This document shows, piece after piece, positions 17,788 to 26,397 of a stretch of DNA of 40,816 bases (the first letter of the stretch is position 1; every line of letters starts with the position of its first letter). The position numbers and the translations under genes were made by a program. Location: assembly GCA_964492935.1 (NCBI GenBank), contig CAZBLF010000007.1, forward strand, positions 1-40,816. The letters are read 5' to 3'. Source of the DNA: an uncultured Methanosarcinales archaeon. Lineage in GTDB: Archaea; Nanobdellota; Nanobdellia; Woesearchaeales; JACPBV01. Below the pieces are notes generated by a model that had not been told where the DNA came from, searched no databases, and saw only the letters and a list, made by a program, of their open reading frames with translations.

Positions 17788-19245
17788 GAAACGCTTCAGA
17801 TACGACTAACTAGGGGGCTTGTAGAGGAGATACAGAAATTGGTGGACAAAGATGTTTATCCTAGTACTTCTGAGGCTGTTCGTGATGCTGTTAGAAGGAT
17901 GGTGATTGGTTCTGGAGAGCTTCCTAAACCTATTGAGAAAACGGTTGAGAAGATTCAGAAAGAGGTCAAGTTTCAGTTGCTCGGTGCGCGCGGTACCAGA
18001 GATTTCTTGCCGGAGCAGCAGATTGTTCGGGAACAGATTACTTCGGTGTTACGAGAGACGTTTGAATTGTATGGGTATAGTCCATTAGATACTCCATTGA
18101 TTGAGCGTTCTGATGTGCTGACTTCTAAGTATGCTGGTGGTGCTGAGATTTTGAAAGAAATGTTCTCGTTGCAGGATCAAGGAAAGCGATCATTAGGATT
18201 GCGCTATGATTTGACGGTTCCATTGGCTAGAGTGATTGGGATGAACCCGCAATTGAAGATGCCGTTTAAGCGGTATCAGATTGGTAAGGTGTTTCGGGAT
18301 GGTCCGATTTCTTTAGGTAGGTATCGGCAATTTGTGCAATGTGATGTTGATGTGGTTGGTTGTAGTGCTATGAGTGCGGATGCTGAGATTGTTGCTTTAG
18401 TTAATGCTGCGTTTTCGAAGTTAGGATTTAAGATTGATATTCGGATTAATAATAGAAAGATTTTGAATGGGATTGTTGCTAGCGCCGGCATTGCTGCAGA
18501 TAAGATGGATGGTGTTATTCTTTCTATTGATAAGTTAGAAAAGTTTGGAGTGGATGCTGTTAAGAAAGAGTTGGCAGGTAAAGGTATTGCGCAGGATGCT
18601 ATTGATACGTTACTAGATACCTTGGTGATTGAGGGTAGTAACGACGATAAACTGGGTAAATTGAAGAAGTCGCTTGGAGAAAATGAGGGAATCACAGAGA
18701 TTGAGGAGGTGCTTTCGTTAGTTGATGCGATGGGGGCATCGTGTACGTTTGATCCTTCGCTTGCTCGTGGTTTATCTTATTATACTGGCACGATTTATGA
18801 AACTTTTTTGAAAGATTCTAAAATTACTTCGGCTGTTTGTTCAGGTGGCAGATATGATGAGATTATTGGTCAGTTTATCGGAAAGGAAAGTGTGGCTGCG
18901 GTTGGCATTTCATTTGGATTGGATAGAATTTATGATGCTTTTCTGGAGCGGGATGAGGTTGTGCAGAAAACGGTGACTTCGGTTTTCGTTATTCCGATTG
19001 GTACTGCTTTGGAGAGTATGCAGTTTTGTGAGCGGTTGCGGAAAGAGGGGATTAAAGCAGATATTGATTTGCTTGGTCGCGGGATATCTAAGAATTTGAA
19101 GTTTGCAAACAGTATGGGAATTCCTTCTGTGGTGTTCTTAGGGCAACAGGAACTGAAAGAGGGTAAGGTTAAGATAAGGGATATGAAAAGCGGCGAAGAG
19201 AAGATGGTTGCGATGGATGCTGTTGTTGAAGTGTTGAAGAAGTGA
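17779..19245 (+). CDS. hisS: Histidyl-tRNA synthetase with N-terminal ribbon-helix-helix domain
   Basis: RGTRDF, LRYDLTVP, RYRQFVQCD, ARGLSYYTG, GGRYD; residues 1-45 METLQIRLT...YPSTSEAVRDAVR fit the Arc/MetJ/CopG RHH pattern. Confidence 0.93.
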   Translation: MVMETLQIRLTRGLVEEIQKLVDKDVYPSTSEAVRDAVRRMVIGSGELPKPIEKTVEKIQKEVKFQLLGARGTRDFLPEQQIVREQITSVLRETFELYGYSPLDTPLIERSDVLTSKYAGGAEILKEMFSLQDQGKRSLGLRYDLTVPLARVIGMNPQLKMPFKRYQIGKVFRDGPISLGRYRQFVQCDVDVVGCSAMSADAEIVALVNAAFSKLGFKIDIRINNRKILNGIVASAGIAADKMDGVILSIDKLEKFGVDAVKKELAGKGIAQDAIDTLLDTLVIEGSNDDKLGKLKKSLGENEGITEIEEVLSLVDAMGASCTFDPSLARGLSYYTGTIYETFLKDSKITSAVCSGGRYDEIIGQFIGKESVAAVGISFGLDRIYDAFLERDEVVQKTVTSVFVIPIGTALESMQFCERLRKEGIKADIDLLGRGISKNLKFANSMGIPSVVFLGQQELKEGKVKIRDMKSGEEKMVAMDAVVEVLKK

Positions 19246-19251
19246 GATGAT

Positions 19252-19521
19252 CTATCTTTCGGTTTGCTGGCCCATGATTACTGCGAGAATAGCCATATTG
19301 AGTTGAGCCCGTTTTAGGTGCTCTGCTGCGTCCTTAGTATCGGGATTTTTTCTGATATATTCTATAACTGCGGCTGAACCTTTGGCCGAATTAGCGAAGT
19401 ATCTTCTCCGATCTCCAGGTTTAATTTTACTGAGAATAGCTTCTTCTTCAGCGACTTCTGCATTGAAGGCTTCTGGCCTTACACTTTGCATTGCTTTCTT
19501 AATGTACTCTTGCATAGCCAT
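19252..19521 (-). CDS. Small helical hypothetical protein
   Basis: 89-aa ORF with upstream TATA on minus strand. Confidence 0.6.
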   Translation of the reverse strand: MAMQEYIKKAMQSVRPEAFNAEVAEEEAILSKIKPGDRRRYFANSAKGSAAVIEYIRKNPDTKDAAEHLKRAQLNMAILAVIMGQQTER

Positions 19522-19636
19522 CGTTATTCAAATTCTATATAAAAAGATATGTATTTACCCTAAATTTAGAGGAAACATCACTCTTGAGTAACAAAGCAAG
19601 CGAAAGGTTTATATATGAGGTAGTGCTACTACAGGG

Positions 19637-19704
19637 TAACAACTGACAATTTGTCAGGCCCAGGCATGAAATCCCCCAAACCCTTTTTCTACCTGGGCAT
19701 TTTT
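19637..19704 (+). ncRNA. Candidate small RNA with C-rich loop (5' end approximate)
   Basis: BRE/TATA 19601-19615 with no ORF behind it; hairpins CTGACA/TGTCAG and GCCCAGG/CCTGGGC; T-tract after. Confidence 0.45.
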
Positions 19705-19739
19705 CTTATACTAAATTTGAGGTAGTTTTTACAGAAATC

Positions 19740-20813
19740 TTAGATTTGAACGGGTTTTCCATCCACTTCTACTTTGATATCTTTGAAAATCTGATCTAGG
19801 TGGATAATGGCGTAAATGGAGCCACCCATCCAGTAGTTGCTGCCAATGGCGATGTGGGCTGTTCCTGCGGTTTTCTCATCTACTAGGGTAGAACCTATGA
19901 TTCTTGCTTTGTGGTTCATTCCGAAGCCTAGTTCACCGATTCTGTAGACTGTACTCGGGTGTTTTGCTTTTTTTGCGGCCCATTCTAGAGTTTCTTTGAG
20001 TGCTTTCGCTTCTTTGCCGCCTTCGATTTTTGTTATAGAGCCTTCTTCTATGGTTAGGGTGATGGGTTTTTCTATGATAAGCGTTCCTTTTCGGTTTCTG
20101 GAGCTGCCATCGATGACGACTTTTCCATGAACGTTGCTACTGCCTTTGCAAGGGATGTAGGTTTCGCCGGCTGGGAAATTTCCTCCGGTTCCTTCTTGTT
20201 TGTAGTCGCCATCGGCCATCAATGCTTTCATGCCTTCTATTCCGTAATAGAGATTGGTTCCTGCTTTGCTGGTTACATGGACCTCTTTGCCCTTGTCTAG
20301 CACTTCTTTTAGTTTTTTGAGATTTGATTGTAGGGGTTTGTAATCGATGTCGATTGCATCTATGACCTCGCTTACGGATTCTGTGGGTAATCCTCCCAGG
20401 GACATTGCGGAGATGAAGCGATGCTTTTTCTTGGTGCAGAACTTTCTGAAACTCTTTCCGATCTCTTCGAGTCCTCCTAGTTTGTTGGAGACGTTTACGA
20501 AAACAACATTCTTTTCTTGCAGTGATTTGAGGCTGTCTTTTACTTCTTGATCTGCTTCCTGGCCGCGTTCTTTGGGTTCTTGTAACAATAATTTTGCATT
20601 GAGTCTAAGTTCTCTAGCTGCTAGATAATAGGCTAGTGCCATGACTGGGGCAATTCTTTTTTTTGCATAGCCTTGGTCGCCAATAATTAATATTTTTTCG
20701 TCGGTAATGCCAAAGCAACTAGTGAAAATGGGTTTGAGAATATGTGAAACAAGGGCTGCCTTTTGATAGATCTCGATTTCTTTCGCCCATTGGATTGCAG
20801 CGATGGTTTCCAT
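19740..20813 (-). CDS. Aminopeptidase, thermophilic metalloprotease M29-like
   Basis: GNFPAGE, GELGFGMN, DEKTAGTAHIAIG, IHLD; likely start METIAA at 20813. Confidence 0.85.
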   Translation of the reverse strand: METIAAIQWAKEIEIYQKAALVSHILKPIFTSCFGITDEKILIIGDQGYAKKRIAPVMALAYYLAARELRLNAKLLLQEPKERGQEADQEVKDSLKSLQEKNVVFVNVSNKLGGLEEIGKSFRKFCTKKKHRFISAMSLGGLPTESVSEVIDAIDIDYKPLQSNLKKLKEVLDKGKEVHVTSKAGTNLYYGIEGMKALMADGDYKQEGTGGNFPAGETYIPCKGSSNVHGKVVIDGSSRNRKGTLIIEKPITLTIEEGSITKIEGGKEAKALKETLEWAAKKAKHPSTVYRIGELGFGMNHKARIIGSTLVDEKTAGTAHIAIGSNYWMGGSIYAIIHLDQIFKDIKVEVDGKPVQI

Positions 20814-20891
20814 CTTGTTTTTGGGGCTTTGCTTGTTTTTATATCTTTCTAGTTCCAAACACATATAAAGTAGATGTCATTTTGTTTTTTC

Positions 20892-21551
20892 ATGAAAGCA
20901 GTTCTTTTTGATTTGGATAATACGTTGATTGATTTCTGGAAGATGAAGAAGCTGAGTTGTGGTGCGGCTATGGATGCGATGATTGATGCTGGGTTGAAGA
21001 TAAATAGGAAGAAGGCTCTTGTGTTATTGTTTAAGCTGTACGATCAGCATGGATATGAGGACAAGGAGATTTTTCAGAAGTTTTTGAAGAAAGTGACTGG
21101 GAGCATCGATTATCGAATGGTTGCTGCGGGAATTGTTGCGTATCGTTCTCTTCGGGGCGGATTTTTGCACCCGTATCCGGATACTGAGAAGGTGTTGATG
21201 ACGTTGAAGCAGCGTAAATTGAAATTGGGTGTGGTTACTGATGCACCTCGGCTAAAGGCATGGATTCGCTTGGAGGCGATGCAGTTAAGTAGATATTTTG
21301 ATGTTGTGGTTACGCATGAGGATACTCGTCGTTTGAAACCAAGTACATTGCCATTTAGGGCTGCTTTACGGCGATTGAAGGTTAAGCCAGAGGAATGTTT
21401 GATGTTAGGTGATATGCCTAATCGCGATATGGTGGGTGCTCGGAAGATTGGAATGAAGACGTGCTTTGCTCGTTATGGAAATGCTAAAGCTAAGAATGTG
21501 AAGGCTGATTTTGAAATTACTTCGTTGAAGATGTTGCTGAAGATTGTGTAA
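20892..21551 (+). CDS. HAD-superfamily hydrolase (subfamily IA)
   Basis: FDLDNTL, VTD, KP, GDMPNRD. Confidence 0.92.
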   Translation: MKAVLFDLDNTLIDFWKMKKLSCGAAMDAMIDAGLKINRKKALVLLFKLYDQHGYEDKEIFQKFLKKVTGSIDYRMVAAGIVAYRSLRGGFLHPYPDTEKVLMTLKQRKLKLGVVTDAPRLKAWIRLEAMQLSRYFDVVVTHEDTRRLKPSTLPFRAALRRLKVKPEECLMLGDMPNRDMVGARKIGMKTCFARYGNAKAKNVKADFEITSLKMLLKIV

Positions 21552-21605
21552 TTTTGACGAAAGTATTTTATATTTTGGTTACTACCCTAGATTCGTTGGT
21601 ATACT

Positions 21606-21731
21606 ATGTGGAACCAATGCGAGCGGTGTGGGAAACAGATCAAGTCTGCGGAAGATTGTAGGCTAACCACAAACGATGGGCAGACCATTCATACATACTG
21701 TTTGGGGTGTCACGGTATGTGGAGTGAGTAA
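21606..21731 (+). CDS. 41-aa zinc-finger microprotein
   Basis: MWNQCERCGKQIKSAEDCRLTTNDGQTIHTYCLGCHGMWSE*, two CxxC; TATA-like TTTTATAT upstream; below ORF-track cutoff. Confidence 0.7.
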   Translation: MWNQCERCGKQIKSAEDCRLTTNDGQTIHTYCLGCHGMWSE

Positions 21732-21745
21732 TTCTGTTGAAATGA

Positions 21746-21785
21746 GGTAGTGTTACTTATTTGGAAGGCGGTAGTGTTACTTATT
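21746..21785. repeat. Perfect 16-bp direct repeat upstream of the tfe promoter
   Basis: GGTAGTGTTACTTATT at 21746-21761 and 21770-21785. Confidence 0.85.
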
Positions 21786-21893
21786 AGTGGGAAAAAAGGG
21801 AAACCTTTATATATGAGTAATTCTAAAAGTACTATAGTATATAAACGGGGTGTGGGAATCGTGCAGAAAGCAACAGATATGGGAGTGCAACCA

Positions 21894-22409
21894 ATGGTGC
21901 TAACGAATAAAAAAATCAATGGACTTATCAATGAAATAGCCGGTGAGAGCGCTATCCCGATTATTGATTACATTAAAAATAGAAAGAATGTTTCTGAATT
22001 TTTGATTGCAGACAAGGTAAAGCTTGATATGCAGACTACTCGTAATATTTTGTACACTTTGAATTCCTATAATGTGGCTACGTATGTACGTAAGAAAGAT
22101 AGGAAGAAGGGTTGGTACATCTCTTACTGGACCTTTAATAAGGGCAGGGTAGGAGAATTAATTGATAAAATCAAGGATGATAAGCTTGAGCAATTGCGCG
22201 AGAAATTGGGTAGAGAGGAGTCTAATGCTGGCAATTTCTTCATGTGTGGAAATGGTTGTGCAAGATTTGACTTTGATCATGCTACTGATTTTGAATTTAA
22301 ATGTCCTGAATGTGGTCAGTTATTGAACCAGCAGGATAATTCTCGTACGATTGAAAACATCAAGAAGAGAATTATTGAACTGCAGAAAGAGATGCAGAAA
22401 AAGAAATAG
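21894..22409 (+). CDS. tfe: Transcription factor E alpha subunit
   Basis: Winged helix (RNILYTL, RKKDRKKGWYISYW), Zn ribbon CGNGC...FKCPECG; SD GGGAGTG before ATG 21894. Confidence 0.92.
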   Translation: MVLTNKKINGLINEIAGESAIPIIDYIKNRKNVSEFLIADKVKLDMQTTRNILYTLNSYNVATYVRKKDRKKGWYISYWTFNKGRVGELIDKIKDDKLEQLREKLGREESNAGNFFMCGNGCARFDFDHATDFEFKCPECGQLLNQQDNSRTIENIKKRIIELQKEMQKKK

Positions 22410-22483
22410 TTTTTATTTCTGAAATCTTGAAATTATTTACTATATTATCGAAAAATATATATACTCGGGTATCGTTTTTTGCT

Positions 22484-22562
22484 TTGAGGGTACTTACAAT
22501 CTCGCTTGAATAGGTTCGCCCGAAATTGCGTTGTGTAAGCTTGGACTTCGGTTAACCCTCAA
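22484..22562 (+). ncRNA. Candidate structured ncRNA (three-way junction, two UUCG tetraloops)
   Basis: TTGAGGGT/ACCCTCAA, CTTACA/TGTAAG, CGC/GCG, GG-TTCG-CC, GAC-TTCG-GTT; TATA about 22456-22463; T7 at 22563-22569. Confidence 0.65.
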
Positions 22563-22573
22563 TTTTTTTGCTT

Positions 22574-23110
22574 TCAGAGTAATTTAGAGATGATGTTCGC
22601 CAGTTCTTCGGATTGTACAAATGACTGTGCCTTCTTTTTTCCTTTAAGTACCCTCGTTGCCAATTTGTGGGCAGGAGTTTTTCTTTTTAAATCGTACCTC
22701 TTCCTATTGATGAAGGATATGTTAATTTCACCCGTTATATTTGGCCTTCCCAGAAAATTTGCTATCTTTTGAATATAATGATGCACCTCCCTAGAAGGCC
22801 TATGATCTGGACATATTATCAATTTCGTGATGGATACTTTCATTTCTTGAATAACTTGAAAAATCATATAAGCAAAAATCACGTTTATTACCTTGTTATT
22901 GTGCCTTCTTGTGCTTTCGCTTTCCAACTGATTGATGAATCTCTTTCTTATAATCGATTTATCTCGGTTCTTGAGTCTAATTGCGTAACCATAATCCTTC
23001 TCTTTGTTTACAAAAGCTAGAATTGTATCTCTTTCCCATTTATTGTTTATCTGATTTGCCATATCCATGTGGTTAATATTGATAATGTCCACATCAGTTA
23101 TCTTGTCCAT
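22574..23110 (-). CDS. AT-rich hypothetical protein, possible RNase H-like (DUF3800-like) fold
   Basis: Asp in first strand (HMDMANQ), DTILAF, IICPD, KTPAHKLA; basic; composition differs from neighbours. Confidence 0.6.
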   Translation of the reverse strand: MDKITDVDIININHMDMANQINNKWERDTILAFVNKEKDYGYAIRLKNRDKSIIRKRFINQLESESTRRHNNKVINVIFAYMIFQVIQEMKVSITKLIICPDHRPSREVHHYIQKIANFLGRPNITGEINISFINRKRYDLKRKTPAHKLATRVLKGKKKAQSFVQSEELANIISKLL

Positions 23111-23227
23111 CTGATGAGGAAATATTAGATTCTTAATAAACTTTCCATCCTTTTTCTCTTGACATTACTCAAACGAGATATAAGAAAAAGAAGTAACTTT
23201 ATATAGCAGAATTCTTAGAAGAGTGAT

Positions 23228-23518
23228 ATGGGGATTACAAAGGTTGATTCTGAGTTGACGCAGTTAGAATTGGAAAGAAGTCGGATTAAGCGTGAAAAGG
23301 CTGCGTTGGTGTTGAATAAGGGTTTAGTATTGTATTTGATTTTTATGGTGGTGGGTGTTGTTGGATTTGCATTTGATTATATTGAAAGTACTGTTTTGAA
23401 TTTTCTGGTGGTTGCTGGGGTGATTATTCTGATTTTGAGTACGCTGCCTTACGTATTTATTGTCCATAAGGAGGAGCGTTGGATTAAGATGCGGATTTGG
23501 GAGTTGACTAAAAAGTGA
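23228..23518 (+). CDS. Small two-TM membrane protein
   Basis: Two hydrophobic segments; first gene of an overlapping operon. Confidence 0.75.
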   Translation: MGITKVDSELTQLELERSRIKREKAALVLNKGLVLYLIFMVVGVVGFAFDYIESTVLNFLVVAGVIILILSTLPYVFIVHKEERWIKMRIWELTKK

Positions 23519-23973
23519 TGTCGAATAAGAGGGGAATTGCTCCGATTATCTCTACGGTTATTTTAATTGGGTTTGCTATTGCGTTAGGCGGCGTTGTTAT
23601 TAGTTGGGGTAAGGTTTCGTATGATGTCGAGGTTGCTGAATGTGGAAGTTTGGGATTGAGTGATGTTACGCTAGAAGGAAAGAGTCTTGCGTGTCTATCT
23701 GAGGATGCATTGCAGTTAACGGTTCAAAACACAGGAAGTGAGGTGGTTGTTGGGATTAAAGGAAGTTTACTATCGGAATCGGGCGTTGAGGTGGTTGAGG
23801 TTGCTAATCGCGTTCAGGCAGGAGAGTATTCACAGCTGAAGCTGATAATTCCCGAGGGTTTGGGAAAGCTTAATAAAGCCTTTTTTACCCCAGGATTTAA
23901 TGATGTTGCTGGCCTTACGTACTGTCCGCAACAAGGTTTTGCCGTAGAGGCATTAGGTGTGTGTGAGAAATGA
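23518..23973 (+). CDS. Archaeal type IV pilin-like protein
   Basis: Class III signal KRG|IAPIISTVILIGFAIALGGVV. Confidence 0.85.
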   Translation: MSNKRGIAPIISTVILIGFAIALGGVVISWGKVSYDVEVAECGSLGLSDVTLEGKSLACLSEDALQLTVQNTGSEVVVGIKGSLLSESGVEVVEVANRVQAGEYSQLKLIIPEGLGKLNKAFFTPGFNDVAGLTYCPQQGFAVEALGVCEK

Positions 23974-24203
23974 AAAAGAAAGGATTGAGTGTTGGTAAGA
24001 AGATTGTATTAGGATTACCCGTTCTTTTAAGTGCGAGTTGGATTGCGTTATTGCAGCAAGGAACGTTAGGAGGGGGTGAGCAGTTTGCTCCTGCCCCTAG
24101 TAGTGCCTTGATTATTGCCCTTGTTATTTTTACGATTGGCTATCTTTTGTTTTTGTTATTGCTGTTTTCGGATGATCTCAAGGCCCTGTTTGCCAAATCC
24201 TGA
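23970..24203 (+). CDS. Small membrane protein
   Basis: MKKKGLS start, two hydrophobic segments, ATGA overlap. Confidence 0.65.
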   Translation: MKKKGLSVGKKIVLGLPVLLSASWIALLQQGTLGGGEQFAPAPSSALIIALVIFTIGYLLFLLLLFSDDLKALFAKS

Positions 24204-24982
24204 TGACTCGACTCATATTGGAGATTGAACAATCTCTAGAAGCGAACGCTTCTCGCTATTTTGATAAGGCGAAGAAGATTCGAAAGAAGAAAGAAGGTGC
24301 GTTAGAAGCGTTAGCTAGTACTGAAAAGAAGCTTAAGCAGTTGGAGAAGTCTCTGGTGAAAGAGATTCAGGATTTGGCTCTGGAGGCAAAGCGTAAGGCT
24401 CGTAGCTTGGAATGGTTTGAGAAATTTAGATGGTTTAGAACTTCAGAAGGATTCTTTGTGTTAGGTGGACGAGATGCAACTTCTAATGAGATTGTGGTGA
24501 AGAAGCATACTACTTCAACTGATTTAATCTTCCATACAGATATTGCTGGGAGTCCGTTCTTTGTGTTGCAGACTGAAGGTAAAAAAGTTAGTGATGTTTC
24601 TAAAAGAGAGGTTGCTATCGCTACTGCCTCGTTTTCTCGCGCGTGGAAGATGGGTGTTGCTACTACACCTGTATTTTATGTTAATGCTGAACAGGTTTCT
24701 AAGAAGGCTTTGGCTGGTGAGTACCTGGTAAAGGGTGCATTCATGGTGTATGGAAAGAAGAATTATGTTGATAATGCGTTAGGATGTGCTCTCGGTGCAT
24801 TTGATGGTAAGTTGATGGCGGGTCCGTTATCGGCTGTTAAAAAACACTGTTCCGAGTATATTGAGATTGTGCAGGGTCGTGAGAAGCCGAGTAAGGTTGC
24901 GAAATTGGTGCAGAAGAAGCTCGGATTTACGGTAGATGAGATTATTCGTGCTTTACCTACAGGCGGGGTAGGTGTTAAATGA
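24203..24982 (+). CDS. NFACT-R (DUF814) RNA-binding protein, C-terminal part of Rqc2/RqcH-like family
   Basis: NASRYFDKAKK, WFEKFRWF, GGRDATSNE, HTDIAGSP, GEYLVKGAFMVYG. Confidence 0.85.
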   Translation: MTRLILEIEQSLEANASRYFDKAKKIRKKKEGALEALASTEKKLKQLEKSLVKEIQDLALEAKRKARSLEWFEKFRWFRTSEGFFVLGGRDATSNEIVVKKHTTSTDLIFHTDIAGSPFFVLQTEGKKVSDVSKREVAIATASFSRAWKMGVATTPVFYVNAEQVSKKALAGEYLVKGAFMVYGKKNYVDNALGCALGAFDGKLMAGPLSAVKKHCSEYIEIVQGREKPSKVAKLVQKKLGFTVDEIIRALPTGGVGVK

Positions 24983-25569
24983 TTACTTCTTCTGTTTTGA
25001 AGGCTCTTGAAGAGAGTTGTGGTGTTGCTTCGCTAACTCTTATGGAGAATGCTGGAAAGGCGGTTGCTGATGTTGTTGCTGGTTTAAAGGGCAATCGCGT
25101 GTTGATAGCTTGTCATCATGGCAATAATGGTGGCGATGGGTTTGTTGCTGCTCGGTTGTTGTGTGAGGCGAAAGAGGTCGATGTGTTGTTTGTGGGAGAT
25201 GAGGAGAAGTTTACTCCTGAGACGCGGGAGAACTTTACTCAGATTAGCAGTCATGATCGGATTCAGCTGTTTGAAGAGGCTGAGATGATTGATTTTGATG
25301 AGTATGATATTTTGGTTGATGGGTTGTTAGGTACGGGAACGCGTGGTGCGTTAGAGCAGCCTTTACTGGGCTTAGTCGAGCAGATGAATGAGACTTCTTG
25401 TTTGAGAGTTGCGATTGATATTCCTACTGGGGTGCATCCGGATGATGGTGTTTCTGGAGTTGCGTTTGATGCTGCTTCTATCGTTACGTTTCATGATATG
25501 AAGCCGGGTTTGGAAAGTGTAAAGGATAAGGTTGTGGTTGCGGATATTGGGATTGTTGAGAAAAAATGA
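24979..25569 (+). CDS. nnrE: NAD(P)H-hydrate epimerase (YjeF N)
   Basis: LMENAG, GNNGGDG, DGLLGTG, DIPTG. Confidence 0.92.
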   Translation: MITSSVLKALEESCGVASLTLMENAGKAVADVVAGLKGNRVLIACHHGNNGGDGFVAARLLCEAKEVDVLFVGDEEKFTPETRENFTQISSHDRIQLFEEAEMIDFDEYDILVDGLLGTGTRGALEQPLLGLVEQMNETSCLRVAIDIPTGVHPDDGVSGVAFDAASIVTFHDMKPGLESVKDKVVVADIGIVEKK

Positions 25570-26357
25570 GTCGTGTTACAAGGAAAGATGTTGTCATTCC
25601 TAAGCGTTCGAAAGGTTCTAAGAAAGGTGACGCTGGTAGAGTTCTGATTATTGGTGGATCGGAGGATTATGTTGGGGCTTTGGTGTTAAGTGGTTTAGCA
25701 GCTTTACGTGCTGGGGTTGATTGGGTTACGGTTGCTTGTCCTGAAAAAGTGGGATGGGCGGTGCATGCTTTGTCTGCTGATTTGGTTGTAAGGAAATTTA
25801 ATTGTTCGCATTTTACTTTGAAGGATGTTAATGCCGTATTGAAGCTTGAAAAAAAGTTCGATGTGGTTTTGATAGGAACTGGGCTTGGTGATAGGTCGGA
25901 TTCTTTTGTTCGTGCTTTTGTTCGTAAATCTAAGAAACCTCTCGTGATTGATGCGGACGGGGTTAAGGCGGTTTCTCTATCTTCTGTTTCTGGTGCGTTG
26001 TTGACTCCGCATGCTGGTGAGTTTAAGATGTTGTTGAAGAATTCAAAATTAAGTGAGAAGGGGTTGCGATCTCACCTTAACGGAAATGTGGTATTGTTGA
26101 AGGGTGCAACGGATACGATTATTTCAAAAGAGCGGGTTGTTGCTAATAGAACCGGCAATCCGGGTATGGCTAAGGCAGGTACTGGTGATGTGTTGGCTGG
26201 ATTGTGTGTGGGTTTTCTCGGTCAGGGGTTATCGTTATTTCAGAGTGCGGTGAATGGTGCCTACATTAATGGTACATTAGGTGACTTATTGGAGAAGAAA
26301 AAGGGTTATTCGTATATTGCTTCTGATTTGCTTATGGATCTTAAACGTGTTCTGTAG
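25566..26357 (+). CDS. nnrD: ADP-dependent NAD(P)H-hydrate dehydratase (YjeF C)
   Basis: IGGSEDYVGA, IDAD, LTPHAGEF, LKG, GTGDVLAG. Confidence 0.92.
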   Translation: MSRVTRKDVVIPKRSKGSKKGDAGRVLIIGGSEDYVGALVLSGLAALRAGVDWVTVACPEKVGWAVHALSADLVVRKFNCSHFTLKDVNAVLKLEKKFDVVLIGTGLGDRSDSFVRAFVRKSKKPLVIDADGVKAVSLSSVSGALLTPHAGEFKMLLKNSKLSEKGLRSHLNGNVVLLKGATDTIISKERVVANRTGNPGMAKAGTGDVLAGLCVGFLGQGLSLFQSAVNGAYINGTLGDLLEKKKGYSYIASDLLMDLKRVL

Positions 26358-26397
26358 TCGGTAAAGGCTTATAAAAAAGAACGCATTCTTTAGGGTT

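Noticed and set aside
21746..21785. Mini CRISPR array
   Set aside because: Only two 16-bp copies with an 8-bp spacer; no cas genes.
21750..21893. N-terminal extension of TFE (similarly the long starts of bioF, aminopeptidase, ispE, purQ)
   Set aside because: Extensions cross TATA boxes, repeats or the upstream gene; downstream starts fit SD or leaderless spacing.
22484..22562. tRNA, 5S rRNA, SRP RNA or hammerhead identity for the structured RNA
   Set aside because: No T-loop or anticodon arm, too short for 5S, no SRP domain IV motif, and UUGAAUA does not fit the hammerhead core.
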